Shown here in pieces: positions 1 to 9,936 of a DNA stretch of 36,604 nucleotides (positions are counted from its first letter, which is position 1; every line of letters begins with the position of its first letter). The DNA comes from Clostridium sp. (GTDB lineage Bacteria; Bacillota; Clostridia; Clostridiales; Clostridiaceae). The position numbers and the translations under genes are program-made. Below the pieces are notes generated by a model. The model did no database searches and was not told where the DNA came from. It worked only from the letters and a program-made list of their open reading frames with translations. Where the stretch lies: contig JANZQE010000188.1 of assembly GCA_038040705.1 (NCBI GenBank), positions 1 to 36,604 of the forward strand, read 5' to 3'.

Positions 1-39
1 CGGGTTAGTATAGATATTAACCCTAGCAACATGATGTAA
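1..39 (+). CDS. priA: 3' end of primosomal protein N' (partial)
   Basis: Frame 1 reads RVSIDINPSNMM*, resembling the PriA C-terminal (I/V)D(I/V)(D/N)P motif; priA usually precedes def-fmt in Firmicutes. Confidence 0.75.
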   Translation, partial: RVSIDINPSNMM

Positions 40-59
40 CATCATAAGGAGTGTTTTAT

Positions 60-512
60 ATGGCCATAAGAACGATTAGGATATATGGAGACGAAAGTTT
101 AAGGAAAAAAAGTAGAGTTGGAGATGAAATTAATTCTAGGATTTTATTATTAATAAAAGATATGAAAGAAACTATGTATAGTTCTAAGGGTGTAGGCCTT
201 GCGGCACCACAGGTTGGCATTTTAAAAAGAATAGCAGTTGTAGATGTTGGGGATGGACCTATAGTTATTATTAATCCGGAAATAATAGAAATGACCGGTT
301 CACAAATAGATAGTGAAGGCTGTTTAAGCATACCAGGAAAACAAGAAAATGTTGAAAGGCCTTTAAGCGTAATAGTAAAGGCATTAAGTGAAGTGGGAGA
401 AGAAATAGTAATCCATGGAGAAGGTCTTCTTGCAAGAGCGCTTTGCCATGAAATTGATCATTTAGACGGTATATTATTTATAGACAAAGTCGTGGAAGGT
501 GAGGAAGAATAA
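60..512 (+). CDS. def: Peptide deformylase
   Basis: Motifs [13 protein letters not shown] and HEIDHLDG; AAGGAG at 46-51 supports ATG at 60. Confidence 0.97.
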   Translation: MAIRTIRIYGDESLRKKSRVGDEINSRILLLIKDMKETMYSSKGVGLAAPQVGILKRIAVVDVGDGPIVIINPEIIEMTGSQIDSEGCLSIPGKQENVERPLSVIVKALSEVGEEIVIHGEGLLARALCHEIDHLDGILFIDKVVEGEEE

Positions 513-513
513 C

Positions 514-1443
514 ATGAAGATAATTTTTATGGGCACACCAGAATTTTCTGTTCCATCACTTCAGGCGATTATAGATGAATTTGAAGTATCAGAAGTTTTC
601 ACTCAGCCGGATAGACCGAAAGGTAGGGGCAAAACTTTAGCCATGTCGCCGGTTAAACAGTTGGCTATTTCCTATAATATACCGGTGCATCAGCCTCTAA
701 AGCTTAGAAATAATGAGGAAATGATAGAAGTAATTAAAAATGCAAAACCTGATTTTATTGTAGTAGTAGCATTTGGTCAGATTCTCCCGAAGGAAATATT
801 GGATATTCCCAAATATGGATGTATAAATTTACATGCATCACTACTACCCAAATATAGAGGGGCGGCTCCTATAAATTGGTGTATAATTGAAGGAGAATGT
901 AAAACTGGAAATACGACCATGTTTATGGATGTTGGTCTTGATACAGGGGACATACTCTTAAAAGAAGAAGTTGAACTAAGTAATACTATTACGGCAGGGG
1001 AACTTACTAATATTCTTATGAATAGTGGTGGTGAACTATTAATTAAAACTATAAATGGTATAGTGAGTGGCGAGATTGAGCAAATTAAACAGGAAAATGA
1101 ACACAGTTCCTATGCATCTATGCTGGATAAAAAAATGGCTAAGATAAACTGGAAATGCAGTAATGTGGATATTCATAATTTTATTAGAGGATTAAATCCA
1201 TGGCCGATGGCATATACTCTTTATGAAGACAAGGTAATGAAAATTTATAAGTCAAGAGTAATAAATGAGGAATCAAATAAAAAAGTTGGAAGCATTATAG
1301 AGGTTTCAAAAGATGGAATAAAAGTAGCAACTGGAAGTGGTGTTCTACTTATTGAAGAGATGCAATTTCCAGGTAAAAAGCCATTAAAAGTAAAAGATTA
1401 TATTGTTGGAAATAAGATAAATGAAAGTGTGATATTAGAATAG
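514..1443 (+). CDS. fmt: Methionyl-tRNA formyltransferase
   Basis: [11 protein letters not shown] start, QPDRPKGRG and [16 protein letters not shown] motifs; GAGG before ATG 514. Confidence 0.97.
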   Translation: MKIIFMGTPEFSVPSLQAIIDEFEVSEVFTQPDRPKGRGKTLAMSPVKQLAISYNIPVHQPLKLRNNEEMIEVIKNAKPDFIVVVAFGQILPKEILDIPKYGCINLHASLLPKYRGAAPINWCIIEGECKTGNTTMFMDVGLDTGDILLKEEVELSNTITAGELTNILMNSGGELLIKTINGIVSGEIEQIKQENEHSSYASMLDKKMAKINWKCSNVDIHNFIRGLNPWPMAYTLYEDKVMKIYKSRVINEESNKKVGSIIEVSKDGIKVATGSGVLLIEEMQFPGKKPLKVKDYIVGNKINESVILE

Positions 1444-1480
1444 AAAAGTTAAAAATTAAATGGAAAATTGAGGTAAGGTT

Positions 1481-2812
1481 ATGAATAATAGTAGACTTGT
1501 AGCAATTGTAGTTATAGAAAAAGTATTGAATGAAAATGCTTATTCTAATATAGTTTTAGGAATGGAACTTAATAAATCTGAATTAAATGATAAAGACAAA
1601 GCACTAGTTACAGAAATAGTATATGGTACGCTAAAATATAAATACACTATAGACAAGATATTGTGTAACTACGTTAAAAAAGGTATAGATAAATTAGATA
1701 GCTTTGTTTTAAATATACTGAGAATATCACTTTATCAAATTAGGTACTTAGATAAAGTACCTAGCTTTGCAGCTGTTAACGAGGCTGTAAATTTAACTAA
1801 AAAGAAGAGCAATTTAGGAGCATCTAAACTTGTTAATGCTGTGCTTAGAAATTATCTAAGAGAAACAAGTGCAAAGTACTATAACGTGGACGATGACATT
1901 GAAAGATTATGCTTTGAGTATTCATTTACTAAGTCTTTAGTTAAGCTTTTTATAAAGCAATATGGGGCTTTAAGTGCTGAGGAAATTCTTAAGGGATTAA
2001 ATTATAAACCAGATGTTACGGTTAGGGTTAATACTCTTAAATTAACTTATGAAGAAATATGGGAAAAACTTATAGAAAATGGTTATAATATAGAGAAAGG
2101 GAATGTAGCCCCAGAGGCAATACGTATTATTAGAGGGAAAAATATTGAGAATAACCTTTTATTTAATGAGGGGTACATAACTGTTCAGGATGAGAGTGCA
2201 ATGCTCACAGCACCTTCTATGGATTTGAAACCAGATCAAGTGGTCTTGGATCTTTGTAGTGCACCAGGAGGGAAGACAACACATATTGCAGAAATCATGA
2301 GAAATTCAGGTCGCATTTATGCATATGATATACATAAAAATAAACTTTCATTAATCGAGGAAAACATAAAAAGAATTGGGATTACAAATACAACTTGTGA
2401 TGTTATTGATGCTACGGTATACACAGAGTCCTTATTTGAATGTGCAGATAGGGTGCTTATAGATGTACCTTGTTCTGGTCTTGGAATTATCAGAAAAAAA
2501 CCTGAGATCAAGTGGAGTAAACACATAAATAATATAAAAAGTATAATAGAGACACAAAGAAAAATAATGGAGAATGCTTCAAAATACCTAAAAAAAGGTG
2601 GCGTAATGGTATATTCAACCTGTACCCTTAATAAAGAAGAAAATGAAGGGAATATAGAGTGGTTTATAGAAACGCATCCTGAATTTAAAATTGAACCAGT
2701 ATTTTTTGGAGAATTGGATAATATAAGATATAATGATAGTGGTAATATTACAATATTACCAAACCAGTACATGGATGGGTTTTTTATAGCCAAAATCATA
2801 AAGTCTCGGTAG
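1481..2812 (+). CDS. rsmB: 16S rRNA m5C967 methyltransferase (Sun/RsmB)
   Basis: N-terminal NusB-like region; DLCSAPGGKT, DVPCSG and YSTCT motifs. Confidence 0.95.
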   Translation: MNNSRLVAIVVIEKVLNENAYSNIVLGMELNKSELNDKDKALVTEIVYGTLKYKYTIDKILCNYVKKGIDKLDSFVLNILRISLYQIRYLDKVPSFAAVNEAVNLTKKKSNLGASKLVNAVLRNYLRETSAKYYNVDDDIERLCFEYSFTKSLVKLFIKQYGALSAEEILKGLNYKPDVTVRVNTLKLTYEEIWEKLIENGYNIEKGNVAPEAIRIIRGKNIENNLLFNEGYITVQDESAMLTAPSMDLKPDQVVLDLCSAPGGKTTHIAEIMRNSGRIYAYDIHKNKLSLIEENIKRIGITNTTCDVIDATVYTESLFECADRVLIDVPCSGLGIIRKKPEIKWSKHINNIKSIIETQRKIMENASKYLKKGGVMVYSTCTLNKEENEGNIEWFIETHPEFKIEPVFFGELDNIRYNDSGNITILPNQYMDGFFIAKIIKSR

Positions 2813-2820
2813 GTGTATAA

Positions 2821-3867
2821 ATGATAAATATTTTAGACTTAAACATAGTAGAACTTAAAGAGTGGATGAAAAATAGTGGAGAGAGTAAGTTTAGAGCTAA
2901 GCAAGTATTGGATTGGATTTACAAGGGTATTTGGAAGTTTGAAGACATGAGTAATATTTCAGGGAGTACAAAACAGAAGCTTCAAAGTAATTTTTGTATA
3001 AGAATACCTGAGCTTATTTCCGAATATAAATCAAAACAAAACGATACAATAAATTATCAATGTGCACTTGAGGATGGTAATTTAATTGAATGCGTTGTTA
3101 TGAAATATAAACATGGAAATTCTATATGCATATCCACTCAAGTTGGATGCAGGATGGGCTGCGAATTTTGTGCCTCTACAATTGGGGGACTTATTAGAAA
3201 TTTAACGCCCGGAGAAATGTTGTCCCAAATAATGAAAGCACAGGAGCTAATTTCTGAGAGAATTTCTAATGTGGTATTAATGGGTAGTGGGGAACCTTTT
3301 GATAATTTTGACAATGTTATGAAATTTCTTGATATTGTAAATTCAGAGGACGGGTTAAATATTGGCCAAAGGCATATAACTATTTCTACCTGCGGCATTG
3401 TTCCAAAAATTATAGAATTTGCAAATATTAACATTCAAACAACGCTGGCTATTTCACTGCACGCAGCTACGGATGAAATTAGAATGAAAAGCATGCCAAT
3501 TGCGAACAAATACTCTATATCAGAAATTATTGAAGCGTGTAAGTATTATATAAGAAAGACCAATCGGAGAATAACTTTTGAGTATGCACTTGTAATGGAT
3601 GTAAATGACAGCAGATTGGATGCAGAAAAGTTAAGTCTGTTATTAAAGGGAATGTTATGCCATGTTAATCTAATTCCAATCAATGAAATAAAAGAAAATA
3701 AATTTAAAAGATCTTTAAATGAAAATGTTGCAGAATTTAAGCGGGTACTCGATAATAATAATATTCAGACAACAATAAGGCGAGAAATGGGCCTAGATAT
3801 TAATGCGGCATGCGGACAACTTAGAATAAGCCACATCAAAAGCGAAAACAATAATAAGGGGGTATAA
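2821..3867 (+). CDS. rlmN: 23S rRNA/tRNA m2A radical SAM methyltransferase
   Basis: [26 protein letters not shown] and AACGQL motifs; conserved position after rsmB. Confidence 0.95.
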   Translation: MINILDLNIVELKEWMKNSGESKFRAKQVLDWIYKGIWKFEDMSNISGSTKQKLQSNFCIRIPELISEYKSKQNDTINYQCALEDGNLIECVVMKYKHGNSICISTQVGCRMGCEFCASTIGGLIRNLTPGEMLSQIMKAQELISERISNVVLMGSGEPFDNFDNVMKFLDIVNSEDGLNIGQRHITISTCGIVPKIIEFANINIQTTLAISLHAATDEIRMKSMPIANKYSISEIIEACKYYIRKTNRRITFEYALVMDVNDSRLDAEKLSLLLKGMLCHVNLIPINEIKENKFKRSLNENVAEFKRVLDNNNIQTTIRREMGLDINAACGQLRISHIKSENNNKGV

Positions 3868-3869
3868 CA

Positions 3870-4616
3870 ATGCTGGGGATTTTATCTGATGTCGGGAATG
3901 TTAGAAAAACAAATGAAGACTCAGTAGGTTATTTTGAAAGTAATGATATTTCCATTTACGCTGTAGCAGACGGTATGGGCGGACACAATGCAGGAGAGGT
4001 AGCAAGTGAGCTTGCTATAAATGTTATAATAGAATATATAAAGGATAATCACAGCAATTTAGATATGGAACAAGTGATTTCTGAGGGTATAAAATCTGCC
4101 AATGATAAGATTTATGACATGGCAAGTGAGGATGAGTCCCTTAAAGGTATGGGTACAACTATAACTATGTGCTTAATAAAACAAAATAAAATGGTTGTTG
4201 CAAATGTAGGCGATAGTAGTTGTTACATTATTAATAATGAAAGAAAATTAATAAAAATAACAAGAGATCATTCACTGGTACAACAGCTTTTAGATAATGG
4301 TACTATAACAGAGGAAAAAGCTAGAAATCATCCAAATAAAAATATTATTACAAGAGCCCTTGGAACAAATGAGTCAGTGGAAGTAGATTTATTTGAAGTT
4401 GATTTGACGAGTGTAATTAAATGCATTTTATGTACGGATGGTCTTACTAACGATGTAACCGGTGTTGAGATGTCGAGCATTATTTTAGAAAATGACAATG
4501 ATTCTAGCTGCAAAGCGTTAGTTAAAATAAGTAAATCTATGGGTGGAAGAGATAACATATCAGTTATCGTATTCGAAGGAGGGTGCACAGATGATAGGAA
4601 GAATACTGGGGAGTAG
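3870..4616 (+). CDS. stp: PP2C-type Ser/Thr phosphatase (Stp1/PrpC)
   Basis: RxxNED, ADGMGGH, VGDS, CTDGL and GGRDN motifs; directly upstream of the kinase. Confidence 0.95.
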   Translation: MLGILSDVGNVRKTNEDSVGYFESNDISIYAVADGMGGHNAGEVASELAINVIIEYIKDNHSNLDMEQVISEGIKSANDKIYDMASEDESLKGMGTTITMCLIKQNKMVVANVGDSSCYIINNERKLIKITRDHSLVQQLLDNGTITEEKARNHPNKNIITRALGTNESVEVDLFEVDLTSVIKCILCTDGLTNDVTGVEMSSIILENDNDSSCKALVKISKSMGGRDNISVIVFEGGCTDDRKNTGE

Positions 4617-6498
4617 ATATGAGCTACTTGAAAAAATCGGAGAGGGTGGAATGGCAATAGTTTATAAAGCTAAGTGTCGTCTGCTTAATCGTTATGTTGC
4701 CGTAAAAATACTAAAAGAAGAGTTTTCAAATAATATAGATTTCATGGAAAAGTTTAAAAGAGAAGCAGCATCTGTAGCTAGTCTTTCATCAAATAACATA
4801 GTTAATATATATGATGTTGGGCATGAAGGTGATATTAACTACATTGTAATGGAGTATATAAAGGGTAAAACCTTAAAACAAATTATTCTTCAAAATGGTA
4901 GCCTGGATTCGAGTCTAGTAATAGACTATGGTATGCAAATTGCAAAAGCGCTTGAGTGTGCACATAAAAATAACATTATACATAGGGATATTAAACCTCA
5001 CAATATTTTAATAACTGAAGATGGAACAGTTAAAGTTACAGACTTCGGTATAGCAAAAGCTGCTAGTTCTGTAACTATGACGAACACTAGCACTGTAATG
5101 GGATCAGCTCATTATTTTTCGCCAGAACAGGCTAAAGGAAGTTTTGTGGATTTTAGAACAGACATATATTCTTTCGGAATAGTACTTTATGAGATGACTA
5201 CAGGTAGAGTTCCATACGATGCAGAAAGTCCCGTATCAGTGGCTTTAAAGCATATACAGGAACCAGTTGTGCCACCTAAAAATATAAATGATAGGATTCC
5301 TCAAAATTTAAATAAATTAATAGTAAAAGCAATAGAGAAGGAACCTATAAAAAGGTACCAAACTGCTAATGAAATGTATTTAGATTTGCAAAGGATACAA
5401 AGTAATAGTGCTTATACTATAGCAACCAATAACAATGAAAATGAGTTCACTAGAATTATGGCGCCTGTAAACGTAGCTGACTATGAAAATAAATCTGATT
5501 CAAATAATACGAACCCAAACATAAATAAGAAAAATAAAACAAAAATAGTAATATCTCTTGCAATAATTATGCTTCTTGTGCTAGGTAGCATCTCAGGTAT
5601 AATATATAAAAGTATCTTTGCCGGAAATGACAAGAAAGAAGAAGTTTCGCAGCAAATATTGGTGCCAAAAATCATTGGTCTAGATGAGAATGCGGCAAAA
5701 GAGCTAGTTGAAGGGGAAAATTTGATTTTTACGGTAACCGAAGGAATAAATAGCGATAAACCTGAAGGCACGGTGGTAGAATGTTATCCAGACGAAGGAA
5801 CAGAAGCAATTAATGGGGAAGTAAGGGTTAAGATTAGTAAAGGGCCTGAAAGTATTCAAGTCCCTTATGTTAAGGGATTTGAGCAAATTACAGCTAAAAA
5901 TATGATTGAACAAAGAGGTCTAGTGCTAAACAATGTTACTGAGGATTTTAATGATTCCGCAGCTATCGGCGTAGTAATAAGCCAAGACCCAGTTGCAGAT
6001 ACTTTAGTTCCAAATGGTGGTAAAGTAAATATAGTAATAAGTAAAGGAGCAAAAGTTAGTTTAACAGTGGTTCCAAACATAATTGATTTATCTGTAAGTG
6101 AAGCAGAAAGATCACTTCAAAGTTCAAATTTAGTACTGGGAAATAAAGAAAAAGTTGAAACAGAAGACAAAGATCGAGATGGTAAAATATTAGATCAAAG
6201 TATTCCAGCAAATACTGAAGTTAAAGAAGGTAGTACAGTAAGTGTTAGCTATTATGTTTATAAAGAACCAGTAAAAGAACAATATAAAGTTCCAAACTTT
6301 ATAGGGAATGGAACAACAACTGTTAAAAAAGCAAGAGATATAGCAGAAGCAGAAGACATAACTATAAAAGTAACTGGAAAAGATGAAGATATCATTGATT
6401 CTCAGGATAAGGCGGCGGGGACTATGACTGATGTAGGAGATGTTATAACTTTAACATCTAAGGCTGTTGTACCTCCTGTAACACCTGAAATTCCTTAA
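4591..6498 (+). CDS. pknB: PASTA-domain Ser/Thr kinase (PrkC/PknB/Stk1)
   Basis: GEGGMA, VAVK, HRDIKPHN, DFGIA and SPEQ motifs; one TM helix; several PASTA-like repeats. AGGAGGG at 4577-4583 supports ATG 4591. Confidence 0.96.
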   Translation: MIGRILGSRYELLEKIGEGGMAIVYKAKCRLLNRYVAVKILKEEFSNNIDFMEKFKREAASVASLSSNNIVNIYDVGHEGDINYIVMEYIKGKTLKQIILQNGSLDSSLVIDYGMQIAKALECAHKNNIIHRDIKPHNILITEDGTVKVTDFGIAKAASSVTMTNTSTVMGSAHYFSPEQAKGSFVDFRTDIYSFGIVLYEMTTGRVPYDAESPVSVALKHIQEPVVPPKNINDRIPQNLNKLIVKAIEKEPIKRYQTANEMYLDLQRIQSNSAYTIATNNNENEFTRIMAPVNVADYENKSDSNNTNPNINKKNKTKIVISLAIIMLLVLGSISGIIYKSIFAGNDKKEEVSQQILVPKIIGLDENAAKELVEGENLIFTVTEGINSDKPEGTVVECYPDEGTEAINGEVRVKISKGPESIQVPYVKGFEQITAKNMIEQRGLVLNNVTEDFNDSAAIGVVISQDPVADTLVPNGGKVNIVISKGAKVSLTVVPNIIDLSVSEAERSLQSSNLVLGNKEKVETEDKDRDGKILDQSIPANTEVKEGSTVSVSYYVYKEPVKEQYKVPNFIGNGTTTVKKARDIAEAEDITIKVTGKDEDIIDSQDKAAGTMTDVGDVITLTSKAVVPPVTPEIP

Positions 6499-6565
6499 AA
6501 TAATCAACAAAAACAAGAAAAAACTTATTTTAAAATATTAAATAAAAGATAAATATGGAGGATAT

Positions 6566-7435
6566 ATGCAAGGAGTAATTACAAAAGGTATAGGTGGACT
6601 TTATTTTGTAAAAGTAGAAGATAAAGTCATAGAGTGCAAGGCAAGAGGAAAGTTCAGGTATACCGGACTTTCCCCAGTTATTGGTGATAAAGTGGAAATA
6701 ATGTTAGAGTCAGACGTTAGTAAAGGTGTAATAGAGAAAATTTTTCCAAGAGCAACTGAGATGATACGCCCAGTTGTCGCTAATGTCACTCAAGCGTTTG
6801 TAGTTTTTTCTTTTAAACAACCGGATATTAATATGGATTTGTTAAATAAATTTCTAGTGCTTTGTGAACACTATAATTTAAAAATAGTTCTTTGTTTGAA
6901 TAAGTTAGATTTAGTTCAGGAAGTTGACGGAGAGCTTATAGAAGAACTTAAAAGCGTGGGTTGTGATATAATATTTTTAAAAGCATTAGAGGGTGAAGGG
7001 CTAAGGGAGCTTAAGACAAGAATAACAAACAACATTTCTGTTTTTTGTGGTCCGTCTGGAGTGGGCAAGTCAACTATATTAAATAGTTTACTTGGAAGAG
7101 AGGCTATGAAAACTGGAGATATAAGTAAAAAATCACAAAAGGGTAAGCACACAACTAGGCACAGTGAACTTATTGAATATGAACAAGGATTTTTACTAGA
7201 TACCCCAGGATTTTCGTCTTTAAGTTTAGATTTTATAGATAAGGAACAGTTACAATATTGCTTTCCTGAATTTGAAAAACATACAGGTGAGTGTAGGTTT
7301 TCAAACTGTATGCATTATAAAGAACCTAATTGCAAGGTTAAGGAAGCGGTTGAAGCGGGCGAAATTTATACCAATAGATACAAATTCTATATAAAAACGT
7401 TAGAAGAAATTATTGCTAGGGGGAATAACAAATGA
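6566..7435 (+). CDS. rsgA: Ribosome small subunit-dependent GTPase
   Basis: Circularly permuted GTPase (NKLD, GPSGVGKS, DTPG) plus C-terminal CRFSNCMH...C zinc motif. Confidence 0.96.
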   Translation: MQGVITKGIGGLYFVKVEDKVIECKARGKFRYTGLSPVIGDKVEIMLESDVSKGVIEKIFPRATEMIRPVVANVTQAFVVFSFKQPDINMDLLNKFLVLCEHYNLKIVLCLNKLDLVQEVDGELIEELKSVGCDIIFLKALEGEGLRELKTRITNNISVFCGPSGVGKSTILNSLLGREAMKTGDISKKSQKGKHTTRHSELIEYEQGFLLDTPGFSSLSLDFIDKEQLQYCFPEFEKHTGECRFSNCMHYKEPNCKVKEAVEAGEIYTNRYKFYIKTLEEIIARGNNK

Positions 7436-8082
7436 TAAAAATAGCACCATCTATACTTTCAGCTGATTTTTCAAGACTAGGTGAGCATATTCGAGAACTA
7501 GAGGACTTCGGTGCTGATATGATTCATATTGATGTAATGGATGGTATGTTCGTACCTAATATTTCTTTTGGAGTTCCGATTATTAAGAGTATTAGAAAAC
7601 TAACAAAATTGCCATTTGATGTGCATCTTATGATTGAAGAGCCTTCAAGGTTTATAGAAGACTTTGCCGGTGCAGGAGCTGACATAATAACTGTTCATTA
7701 TGAAGCTGACAGGCATATTGATAGAACTATTAATTACATAAAAAGTTTTGGAATTAAAGCAGGAGTTGCATTAAACCCTGCGTCGCCTGTAGACACAATT
7801 AAACATTTAATAAGTAATGTTGATATGGTACTTATTATGTCAGTAAATCCTGGCTTTGGTGGTCAAAAGTATATTAAGTACTGTTCGGATAAAATAAAAG
7901 AAGTTAGAGAGCTTTCTTATAAATATAATAGTGATCTTATGATTCAAGTAGATGGAGGGATTGATGGATCTAATATTTCAGAAGTTGTAAATAGTGGTGC
8001 TAATGTAATTGTAGCTGGGTCAGCTATTTTTAAAAATGACGAAATTGAGAAAAATATAAAAGCCTTAAAAGCAGGAATTTAA
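7432..8082 (+). CDS. rpe: Ribulose-phosphate 3-epimerase
   Basis: IAPSILSADF, HIDVMDG, MSVNPGFGGQ and VDGG motifs. Confidence 0.97.
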   Translation: MIKIAPSILSADFSRLGEHIRELEDFGADMIHIDVMDGMFVPNISFGVPIIKSIRKLTKLPFDVHLMIEEPSRFIEDFAGAGADIITVHYEADRHIDRTINYIKSFGIKAGVALNPASPVDTIKHLISNVDMVLIMSVNPGFGGQKYIKYCSDKIKEVRELSYKYNSDLMIQVDGGIDGSNISEVVNSGANVIVAGSAIFKNDEIEKNIKALKAGI

Positions 8083-8083
8083 A

Positions 8084-8719
8084 ATGAAGGTTGTTATAGT
8101 ATCAGGAGGTAAGCCACCATCTAAGGGACTTCTAACAAAAGAAATCAGTCCGAATACATTTTTAATTGCAGCAGACAGTGGCGCTAATTGCCTTTATGAA
8201 TATAATATCCTACCTAATTTACTGCTAGGAGATTTTGATTCTATCGATAGAAAAGTATTAGATTATTTTGAAAAAAACAATTGCAGTATAGATATTTATC
8301 CTACTGAAAAGGATTTTACTGATACGGAAATTGCAGTTAGAAAAGCAATAAGTATGAAACCAAGTGAAATAGTATTACTAGGGTGTACAGGAAGTAGGGT
8401 TGATCATTTACTCGGAAATATAGGTATGCTTAAAATTTGTTTGGAAAATGGCGTTAATGCCTATATTGTGGACGAAAACAATGATATTAGGTTATCTAAT
8501 GCTACAATTTCATTAAATGGCGTAGTGGGCCAAATTTTCTCAGTACAAGCTTATGGAGATGAAGTAATTGGGTTAACTATTGAAGGTGCAAAATATCCGC
8601 TAAATAATTATAATTTGAAAATTGGCGAGAGTGTAACTATTTCAAATGAGTTTGTATCAACTGTGGTTAAACTTAAATTTAAAGTTGGAACACTTATGAT
8701 AATATTATCATGTGATTAA
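8084..8719 (+). CDS. thiN: Thiamine diphosphokinase
   Basis: AADSGA, GDFDS, EKDFTD and GSRVDH motifs. Confidence 0.94.
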   Translation: MKVVIVSGGKPPSKGLLTKEISPNTFLIAADSGANCLYEYNILPNLLLGDFDSIDRKVLDYFEKNNCSIDIYPTEKDFTDTEIAVRKAISMKPSEIVLLGCTGSRVDHLLGNIGMLKICLENGVNAYIVDENNDIRLSNATISLNGVVGQIFSVQAYGDEVIGLTIEGAKYPLNNYNLKIGESVTISNEFVSTVVKLKFKVGTLMIILSCD

Positions 8720-8746
8720 TATCTATATAAAAATTTAGTTCATTAT

Positions 8747-8800
8747 AAGAAAAGTATATATTATGCCAGATGAGGGTGTAATAATATACTTTCTTTTTTT
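8747..8800 (+). terminator. Probable intrinsic terminator after thiN
   Basis: Imperfect inverted repeat AAGAAAAGTATAT...ATATACTTTCTT followed by a T run. Confidence 0.6.
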
Positions 8801-8829
8801 GTATCATTAGTGATAGTAAATCATATAAT
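8801..8829 (+). promoter_or_regulatory. Putative sigma-E promoter
   Basis: GTATCAT-N14-CATATAAT resembles the SigE consensus; upstream of spoVM, which is SigE-dependent in Bacillus subtilis. Confidence 0.5.
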
Positions 8830-8861
8830 AGTATTGGAATACTTTGGGAGGGGAACAACTT

Positions 8862-9032
8862 ATGAGAAGGCATTATAAGCGTTTAGGAAATCAGCTTGGA
8901 GTAATTGTTACCTGTGTAGGAATAGGGGTTATATCAGTAGTATTAGTTCCATTCTGGTTGTGGATAATTGCCGCGGGAGGGGGAATTGTTTACTGTGGCT
9001 TTACTATAATGAATCACAATAATCATTGTTAG
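8862..9032 (+). CDS. Small two-TM hypothetical protein (56 aa)
   Basis: GGGAGGG RBS at 8846-8852; basic N-terminus followed by two hydrophobic segments. Confidence 0.75.
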   Translation: MRRHYKRLGNQLGVIVTCVGIGVISVVLVPFWLWIIAAGGGIVYCGFTIMNHNNHC

Positions 9033-9065
9033 TGATATGAAATTCATGTTTGGGAGGGAATAGAA

Positions 9066-9134
9066 ATGAAAATTATGGCTATTAAATTGCCGAGGGTTCT
9101 GTCACGGATCATTAATTTTTTTTTGAGAAGATAA
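9066..9134 (+). CDS. spoVM: Stage V sporulation protein M (22 aa)
   Basis: MKIMAIKLPRVLSRIINFFLRR* has the SpoVM IKLP motif with Pro9; GGGAGGGA RBS at 9052-9059; same thiN-rpmB position as in B. subtilis. Confidence 0.9.
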   Translation: MKIMAIKLPRVLSRIINFFLRR

Positions 9135-9151
9135 CATAGGAATGTAGAATA

Positions 9152-9178
9152 AAAAATGCAGCTTATGGCTGCATTTTT
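9152..9178. terminator. Bidirectional terminator between spoVM and rpmB
   Basis: AAAAATGCAGC-ttatg-GCTGCATTTTT, a perfect 11-bp inverted repeat between convergent genes. Confidence 0.85.
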
Positions 9179-9188
9179 AATTTCATAA

Positions 9189-9380
9189 TTATATTGCACG
9201 TTGTACTTTACCAGAACGAAGACATCTAGTACAAACATGAATAGATTTAGGCGTTCCGCTAACTATAGCTTTAACTTTTTGAATATTTGGAGCCCATTTT
9301 CTTTTTGACTCACGATGTGAGTGACTGTATTGGCTACCTGAAATAACACCTTTATTACATATATCGCATTTTCTTGACAT
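9189..9380 (-). CDS. rpmB: 50S ribosomal protein L28 (zinc-ribbon type)
   Basis: MSRKCDIC...SHSHRESKRKWAPN...VCTRCLRSGK; AAGGAGGTG RBS. Confidence 0.97.
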   Translation of the reverse strand: MSRKCDICNKGVISGSQYSHSHRESKRKWAPNIQKVKAIVSGTPKSIHVCTRCLRSGKVQRAI

Positions 9381-9433
9381 GAAAACACCTCCTTAACCTA
9401 CGAAGATAAATCTTCTCGATTGAAACACAAATT

Positions 9434-9463
9434 ATTGTATCATAAATTAGACTACTCTTGCAA
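9434..9463 (-). promoter_or_regulatory. Putative sigma-A promoter of rpmB
   Basis: Minus strand TTGCAA-N18-TACAAT with extended TG. Confidence 0.6.
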
Positions 9464-9572
9464 GTAAAATACAAATATTTTAGTGTTTAAAGCAATTATA
9501 AAAACAATTTTCTTTAATAAATTACTATTATAATATAAAATAATCTATATAGTGGTATAAGGAGGAGTTACA

Positions 9573-9923
9573 ATGAAAGGTAATATTATGAAAGACAATG
9601 GTAATATATATTATACAGAGGAGGCTTTAGCTAACATAGTTGGTATTTCTACTATGGAATGTTATGGAGTTGTTGGCATGGCATTAAAAGACGCTAAAGA
9701 TGGATTTTGGCAGTTAATTAAGAGTGATGGTTTAGATAGAGGCGTCAAAATTCATTCAAAAGAGAATCAACTATTTATTGAATTATATATAATAGTTGAA
9801 TATGGCACGAAAATCTCTATAATATCAAATAATATAATTAAAAAAATAAAATACAATGTTGAAAATTATACAGGACTGAATGTGGCATCAATAACAGTAA
9901 ACGTCCAAGGTGTAAGGGTCTAA
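9573..9923 (+). CDS. Asp23/Gls24 family protein (YloU-like)
   Basis: ECYGVVGM and YIIVEYG motifs; conserved position upstream of the DAK2 gene. Confidence 0.9.
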   Translation: MKGNIMKDNGNIYYTEEALANIVGISTMECYGVVGMALKDAKDGFWQLIKSDGLDRGVKIHSKENQLFIELYIIVEYGTKISIISNNIIKKIKYNVENYTGLNVASITVNVQGVRV

Positions 9924-9936
9924 GGGGGGATGGATA

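Noticed and set aside
8744-8771. TATATA-TTATG similar to the core of the Firmicute dif site
   Set aside because: The left arm does not match, the right arm is partial, and it lies within the thiN terminator hairpin.
9044-9238. 64-aa plus-looking ORF track entry (minus strand) overlapping rpmB, the terminator and spoVM
   Set aside because: It overlaps two real genes and a terminator; spurious.
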